Positions 28,047 through 31,822 of a stretch of 31,822 nucleotides of DNA are shown here, piece after piece. The DNA lies in IMG/VR virus record IMGVR_UViG_3300020042_008321, positions 1 through 31,822 of that record. The stretch is one strand, 5' to 3'. The notes beneath the pieces are model-generated. The model searched no databases. It worked only from the letters and a program-made list of their open reading frames with translations, and was not told the DNA's origin. This DNA is from a virus. Its lineage: Duplodnaviria > Caudoviricetes. Position 1 is the first letter of the stretch, and each line of letters starts with the position of its first letter. Position numbers and translations under genes: made by a program.

Positions 28047-28789
28047 AAAATTATAGAGCTATTATTGTATCTGATTTGCATTTAGGAACAAAAGATTCTA
28101 AAGCTGAAGAATTTTTAGACTTTATAGAAAAACATCCAACAGACTTATTAATATTGAATGGAGATATTATTGATGGTTGGGCAATTAATAGGGGTAGCAA
28201 ATGGAAAAAACAACATACTAAAGTTATCTCTAAGTTACTAAAACTATCTAATAAAATACAGATAATTTGGATAAGAGGCAATCACGATGAATTTTTACAA
28301 GAATTTATAGGAGATCATTTTGGAGCTATAGAAATAAGAGAAGATTATAAATTAGAGTATTCAGAACATGTAGAATACGATAGTTGGAAAAAAAGATGCT
28401 ATTATATATTCCATGGAGATGTAATTGATATTTTTATAACAAAATATAAATGGCTATCAAAATTAGGATCAATAGGATATGATTTGGCCTTGTGGGCAAA
28501 TAGGCAATATAACAGGTATAGAAAGTGGAGAAAGTTACCTTACCAATCTATATCTCAAAAAATAAAAGCAAGTGTTAAAACTGCCGTTAATTATGTGAAT
28601 GATTTTGAAGTAACTGCACTAAAGATGGCAGAAAAAAATGGTTGTGATGGAGTTATATGTGGACACATACACCAACCAGAAGATAGAATAATTAATGGTA
28701 GAAGATATTTAAATTCAGGAGACTGGGTAGAAAATATGAGTGCTATCTTAATAGATAATTTAGGAAATATTAAAATATATAAAAAATAA
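28043..28789 (+). CDS. Calcineurin-like metallophosphoesterase of the LpxH2/PlcP (UDP-2,3-diacylglucosamine hydrolase-like) group
   Basis: SDLHLG, GDIIDGW, GNHD, HGD, CGHIH and NSGDWVE. Confidence 0.85.
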   Translation: MKNYRAIIVSDLHLGTKDSKAEEFLDFIEKHPTDLLILNGDIIDGWAINRGSKWKKQHTKVISKLLKLSNKIQIIWIRGNHDEFLQEFIGDHFGAIEIREDYKLEYSEHVEYDSWKKRCYYIFHGDVIDIFITKYKWLSKLGSIGYDLALWANRQYNRYRKWRKLPYQSISQKIKASVKTAVNYVNDFEVTALKMAEKNGCDGVICGHIHQPEDRIINGRRYLNSGDWVENMSAILIDNLGNIKIYKK

Positions 28790-28792
28790 TCT

Positions 28793-28915
28793 ATGTATAA
28801 GTTTTTTGATCTATTGCTTAATTTTCGTAGTAACAAACAAGATATGATGGCTAAAGGATTTATATGGGGGATAGGATTATTCTTACTTTGTTTTTTAATT
28901 TCTTTATCACTTTAA
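28793..28915 (+). CDS. Small membrane protein (40 aa)
   Basis: Not in the ORF track. Translates as MYKFFDLLLNFRSNKQDMMAKGFIWGIGLFLLCFLISLSL*. Confidence 0.4.
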   Translation: MYKFFDLLLNFRSNKQDMMAKGFIWGIGLFLLCFLISLSL

Positions 28916-28943
28916 AAATAAATTGCATCGATTAATACAAAAG

Positions 28944-28955
28944 GTCTTATATTTG
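28944..28955 (+). promoter_or_regulatory. Bacteroidetes-type promoter element
   Basis: GTCTTATATTTG, identical to the copy at 31419-31430. Confidence 0.6.
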
Positions 28956-28981
28956 TATTGACACAAAAACAAATAAACGTT

Positions 28982-29134
28982 ATGAAAAAAGCAATGATTA
29001 TCTTTGCAGCCTCTTTAACTTTGGCTGCCTGTGGTGGAAGTTCAACTGAGCAAACTTCTACTGATTCTGTATTCGTGGATTCAGTTGTAGTTGATACTAC
29101 AGAAGTTGTTACTGATAGCGTGACTGTTAAGTAA
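28982..29134 (+). CDS. Small Ser/Thr/Asp-rich lipoprotein (50 aa)
   Basis: Not in the ORF track. Translates as MKKAMIIFAASLTLAA-CGGSSTEQTSTDSVFVDSVVVDTTEVVTDSVTVK*, with a perfect LAAC lipobox. Confidence 0.8.
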   Translation: MKKAMIIFAASLTLAACGGSSTEQTSTDSVFVDSVVVDTTEVVTDSVTVK

Positions 29135-29216
29135 TTAAGATCCAGAGTTGTCGAGGGAAACGCTCGGAAAGGATACCGTTGAAACTCCTTTTTGCATAAA
29201 ATCAAATACTTATTAT

Positions 29217-29453
29217 ATGAAAGTTCTTTGTGTAAATGGATATGAAGATGTGCTTACTGAAGGTGAAGTTTATACTGTAGTTCAAGTAACTACAGGAAAT
29301 AACTTTCTATTAGAAGAAGTAAATGTTCCAGAAGGATATACATCATTTAACTCTAATAGATTTGTTCCTCTTATTACAAGTGATGAAGATTCATTAGATG
29401 AAACTTTTTTAGAACACAAACCTACGGCAGTATTTTACTGTGTAGATCTTTAA
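29217..29453 (+). CDS. Small hypothetical phage protein
   Basis: MKVLCVN....LTEGEVYTV pattern. The ATG at 29217 is preferred over the ORF-track start. Confidence 0.55.
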   Translation: MKVLCVNGYEDVLTEGEVYTVVQVTTGNNFLLEEVNVPEGYTSFNSNRFVPLITSDEDSLDETFLEHKPTAVFYCVDL

Positions 29454-29458
29454 AATAT

Positions 29459-29843
29459 GGGCCTGACTGGAATTGATCCGGTTGTTGAGATTGCACCACA
29501 TGCAGGCGTTTGGTAGAGTCGCCTTAGAAAACTGCAAACAATAACTGACGAAATGTCAACAATGACCTTCGATGACCTTATGGCCTTCGTTGGTGCCGAT
29601 TACGCTGTAGCAGCCTAGTCCGCAAACGGGTGAGTAACCTAGGAACAGAACTACTCCGAGCGCTCACGATCGACTCGTTAAATAAAGACTGTGGATTAGT
29701 TTTCTTGATAGTCATAAAATCAAGTGGTGGAAACGACCATAATGGTCCGCCCCTACTGATCAAAAGAAATTTAGATCTAAGCATGTGAAACGTTGGTGTT
29801 ATTGTCGCTATCGGAGACGAGAGTTCGAATCTCTCCAGGTCCA
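29459..29843 (+). ncRNA. ssrA: tmRNA
   Basis: The 5' GGGCCTG pairs with the 3' CAGGTCC-A and includes the G3:U alanine identity pair. T-arm GAGAG-TTCGAAT-CTCTC. After ATAACT, the tag frame 29547-29618 reads DEMSTMTFDDLMAFVGADYAVAA*. Confidence 0.93.
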
Positions 29844-29909
29844 ACCTATCAACATATTTATTAATGTATATGTTGTGTAAAAACGGGCAGAAACATTAAA
29901 ATTTTTAAT

Positions 29910-30545
29910 ATGGAAAAAAAGAAAAAATACCATTTTCTTTACAAAATTACTTGTAGAATAACTAATAACTATTATATAGGAGTACATTCTACAACTAATT
30001 TAGAAGATGGTTATTTAGGTAGCGGAAAAATAATTAAACTATCTATTAAAAAGTATGGTAAAGAAAATCATATTATAGAAATAGTAAAGTTCTTTGATAC
30101 GAATAAAGAAAAATATTTAGCAGAAAAAGAATATCTAACAGAAGAAATGATATTAGATAGTAAGTGTATGAATATTAGCTGTGGTGGATTAGGAGGAATT
30201 CAGAATAAAGATCACTATAAAAAATTTATGTTAGCTGCTACAAACGCCTTTAAAGAAAAATTAAAAGATTCTGAGTTTAAACAAAAATTTTCTGAAACTT
30301 GTAGTAACAGAAATAAAAAAAGAATAGAGCTAGGAACTATTAAATCTTGGAAAGAGACCTGTAATTGGACTGGTAGAAAACATAAACAAGAAACTATAGA
30401 AAAATTTAAAGTTTCAAAGATAAATCATGGAATAGGAGAATCAAATTCTCAATTTGGTACTCGATGGATAACTAATGGCAACGAAAATAAAAAAATAAAA
30501 AAAATAGATTCTTTACCTAATGGTTGGGAATTTGGTAGAAATTAA
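29910..30545 (+). CDS. GIY-YIG homing endonuclease (Seg-like, with NUMOD-type DNA-binding segments)
   Basis: FLYKITC...YYIGVH, YLGSG, E...N, GRKHKQETIEK and WITNG...PNGWEFGR. Confidence 0.85.
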   Translation: MEKKKKYHFLYKITCRITNNYYIGVHSTTNLEDGYLGSGKIIKLSIKKYGKENHIIEIVKFFDTNKEKYLAEKEYLTEEMILDSKCMNISCGGLGGIQNKDHYKKFMLAATNAFKEKLKDSEFKQKFSETCSNRNKKRIELGTIKSWKETCNWTGRKHKQETIEKFKVSKINHGIGESNSQFGTRWITNGNENKKIKKIDSLPNGWEFGRN

Positions 30546-30548
30546 AAT

Positions 30549-30620
30549 TGCGAGGTAGAGCAGCGGTAGCTCGGCGGGCTCATAACCCGTAGGTCGCAGG
30601 TTCGATTCCTGCCCTCGCTA
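30549..30620 (+). tRNA. tRNA-Met(CAT), initiator type
   Basis: Full cloverleaf with anticodon CAT at 30581-30583. Initiator features: three consecutive G-C pairs in the anticodon stem, an unpaired 1:72 position and A11:U24. CCA is not encoded. Confidence 0.92.
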
Positions 30621-30641
30621 CTAATTAATCCCCCTTATAAA

Positions 30642-31205
30642 ATGAAAACAGTTTTGTTAACAGTCATGCTATTGTGCTCACTATTAGGATATTCCCAAAA
30701 TGGAGGCCAATTTAATGAAAACAATGTTTTAAAAGTCGACTACGTAGGTTATAACAATGGTAACCACATATTCAAGATCATTAATAAAATTAATTGTGTC
30801 TTGGGTGTTAAGATAGATAAAAACGGTGTTACTTCTTCTCAAACTATGGCAGGTTTACAGGAAACAGTCATTGTAGTAACTGCACCACAAACTCCTCAGA
30901 TTAATGTTAAAGTTAAAAGAGAAACAGGAGCGCAGTGCCAACAAAATCCAGATAATGGTTGGGTAGAATTACAATCTAGTATTGTACTTCCTATTAAGTT
31001 TGGAGGCATTACAGCAATTAAAGTTAGTTCTAATCTAATTAAACTTACTTTTGATGTAGAAGAAGATCACGCACTTAAAAGTTATGGTATAATGGTAAGT
31101 CCTGATGGTAAAAATTTTAAGCGGGTTAAAGTTCTATTTCCTAATGGAATAGTACCCTATGGTTCAACCAGTAGTAAAAAATATTCCGTACTAGTTAAAT
31201 TCTAA
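30642..31205 (+). CDS. Secreted beta-rich protein with an Ig-like segment resembling Bacteroidetes secreted proteins
   Basis: Signal peptide MKTVLLTVMLLCSLLGYS/Q, followed later by LPIKF....IKLTF..EED....Y.I..SPDGKNFKRV. Confidence 0.6.
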   Translation: MKTVLLTVMLLCSLLGYSQNGGQFNENNVLKVDYVGYNNGNHIFKIINKINCVLGVKIDKNGVTSSQTMAGLQETVIVVTAPQTPQINVKVKRETGAQCQQNPDNGWVELQSSIVLPIKFGGITAIKVSSNLIKLTFDVEEDHALKSYGIMVSPDGKNFKRVKVLFPNGIVPYGSTSSKKYSVLVKF

Positions 31206-31208
31206 ATC

Positions 31209-31361
31209 ATGAAATATATCCTTTTATTCATTTTATTTTTAGTTTCTTGCACTAAAGAAGAGCAAGTAAAACAAGAAATATCAAATCCGGTACTAATTCA
31301 AATTGAAGCCGTACATGTGGATGGAAATATAGAACTGTCTCCTATAGTTTTAATAAGGTAA
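31209..31361 (+). CDS. Small lipoprotein (50 aa)
   Basis: Not in the ORF track. Translates as MKYILLFILFLVS-CTKEEQVKQEISNPVLIQIEAVHVDGNIELSPIVLIR*. Confidence 0.7.
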   Translation: MKYILLFILFLVSCTKEEQVKQEISNPVLIQIEAVHVDGNIELSPIVLIR

Positions 31362-31418
31362 AGTGCAATATTTAAATAAATTGCACTCTAAAGATATAAT
31401 GTAAAGGTAAAACAATAT

Positions 31419-31430
31419 GTCTTATATTTG
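31419..31430 (+). promoter_or_regulatory. Bacteroidetes-type promoter element
   Basis: GTCTTATATTTG, 20 nt upstream of the ATG at 31451. Confidence 0.6.
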
Positions 31431-31450
31431 TATTAATCAATCAAACAGTT

Positions 31451-31669
31451 ATGATATATACAATTTGGATCATTAGCGTTATTTACTGTATAATTAAAAT
31501 GTACAGATCCTACAATAAGAAAGAAATAGATCCAGTTTACGCTACACCAGGTCTAGAGACCCTAGCAATCGTAGTAATGGCGCCAGTTCTAATGGCAGTA
31601 GACGCAACTCTTACATGGGTTCATAAGTTTAAAGAATACAGAGAAGAAAAACAAGATAAGATCTTTTAG
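31451..31669 (+). CDS. Small membrane protein
   Basis: 72 aa with two hydrophobic segments. Confidence 0.55.
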   Translation: MIYTIWIISVIYCIIKMYRSYNKKEIDPVYATPGLETLAIVVMAPVLMAVDATLTWVHKFKEYREEKQDKIF

Positions 31670-31674
31670 TTAAT

Positions 31675-31822
31675 TATCAGGTGGTGAAAGGATATATCCA
31701 AGGCATACACACCCTCTCGTCTCGAGGGCGCTGAATATGAGACAGGTAACTGGATATGGGTTGACCACAAGCGTACGCATTTTGTCCACTACTGAATTAC
31801 AGCATGAAGGTTCGACTCCTTC
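31675..31822 (+). ncRNA. Atypical tRNA-like RNA with expanded D-loop and very large variable arm; 3' end cut by the window edge
   Basis: D-stem GTG/CAC, anticodon stem CCCTC/GAGGG, variable stem GCTG/CAGC enclosing about 66 nt, and T-arm GAAGG-TTCGACT-CCTTC. Confidence 0.7.

Noticed and set aside
1964-28836. Other short minus-strand and nested ORFs in the track (e.g. 1964-2152, 7573-7797, 13504-13701, 17027-17215, 28591-28836)
   Set aside because: All overlap well-supported plus-strand genes and show no recognisable motifs.
28912-29205. 97-aa minus-strand ORF
   Set aside because: It is the shadow of the plus-strand lipoprotein 28982-29134, which has a lipobox and promoter.
29578-29844. 88-aa minus-strand ORF
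   Set aside because: It is the antisense of the tmRNA.
31675-31822. Canonical tRNA-Asp(GTC), or a tRNA with a group I intron
   Set aside because: The anticodon loop lacks U33 and R37 and the scaffold is class II. The insert lies in the variable arm and is far too short for a self-splicing intron.
1-31822. Stop-codon reassignment, CRISPR array, integrase/transposase, or inteins in PolA, NrdJ or helicase
   Set aside because: Genes are full length in the standard code, with TAA, TAG and TGA all used as stops. No spaced direct repeats or recombinase motifs were seen, and the proteins have normal lengths without intein signatures.

Overview
An AT-rich, gene-dense segment of a large lytic dsDNA (T4-like/jumbo-type) phage genome, with essentially all real genes on the + strand. 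The host is most likely a Bacteroidetes, judged from TAnnTTTG promoter elements, no consistent Shine-Dalgarno sequence, Bacteroidetes-type lipoproteins and D-S/T-x glycosylation sequons. From left to right: the 3' part of a large virion protein ending in a lysozyme-like domain; a replication block (degenerate short PolA, gp32-like SSB, RecA/UvsX, 5'-3' exonuclease, DnaB-like helicase, class II RNR, full PolA); a chaperone block (hsp20, groES, groEL); a nucleotide/DNA-modification block; small membrane and hypothetical genes; thioredoxin; a GH19 lysis cassette; a GT2 + LpxH/PlcP-like pair; and an RNA region (tmRNA, GIY-YIG endonuclease, initiator tRNA-Met, and an aberrant tRNA-like RNA cut by the window edge). 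The best candidate for a new system is 18243-23584. It combines a T4 gp42-like dCMP hydroxymethylase (Asp at the cytosine-specificity position), an amino-acid:DNA transferase (aGPT-Pplase)-like gene and a PLP-dependent enzyme, the last two known from thymidine hypermodification. No 5hmU kinase is present; instead there is a protein fusing a T4 beta-glucosyltransferase-like N-terminal base-flipping domain to an SGNH domain. This suggests an undescribed, possibly cytosine-directed, DNA hypermodification pathway. All homology calls come from motif recognition by eye, not from database searches.
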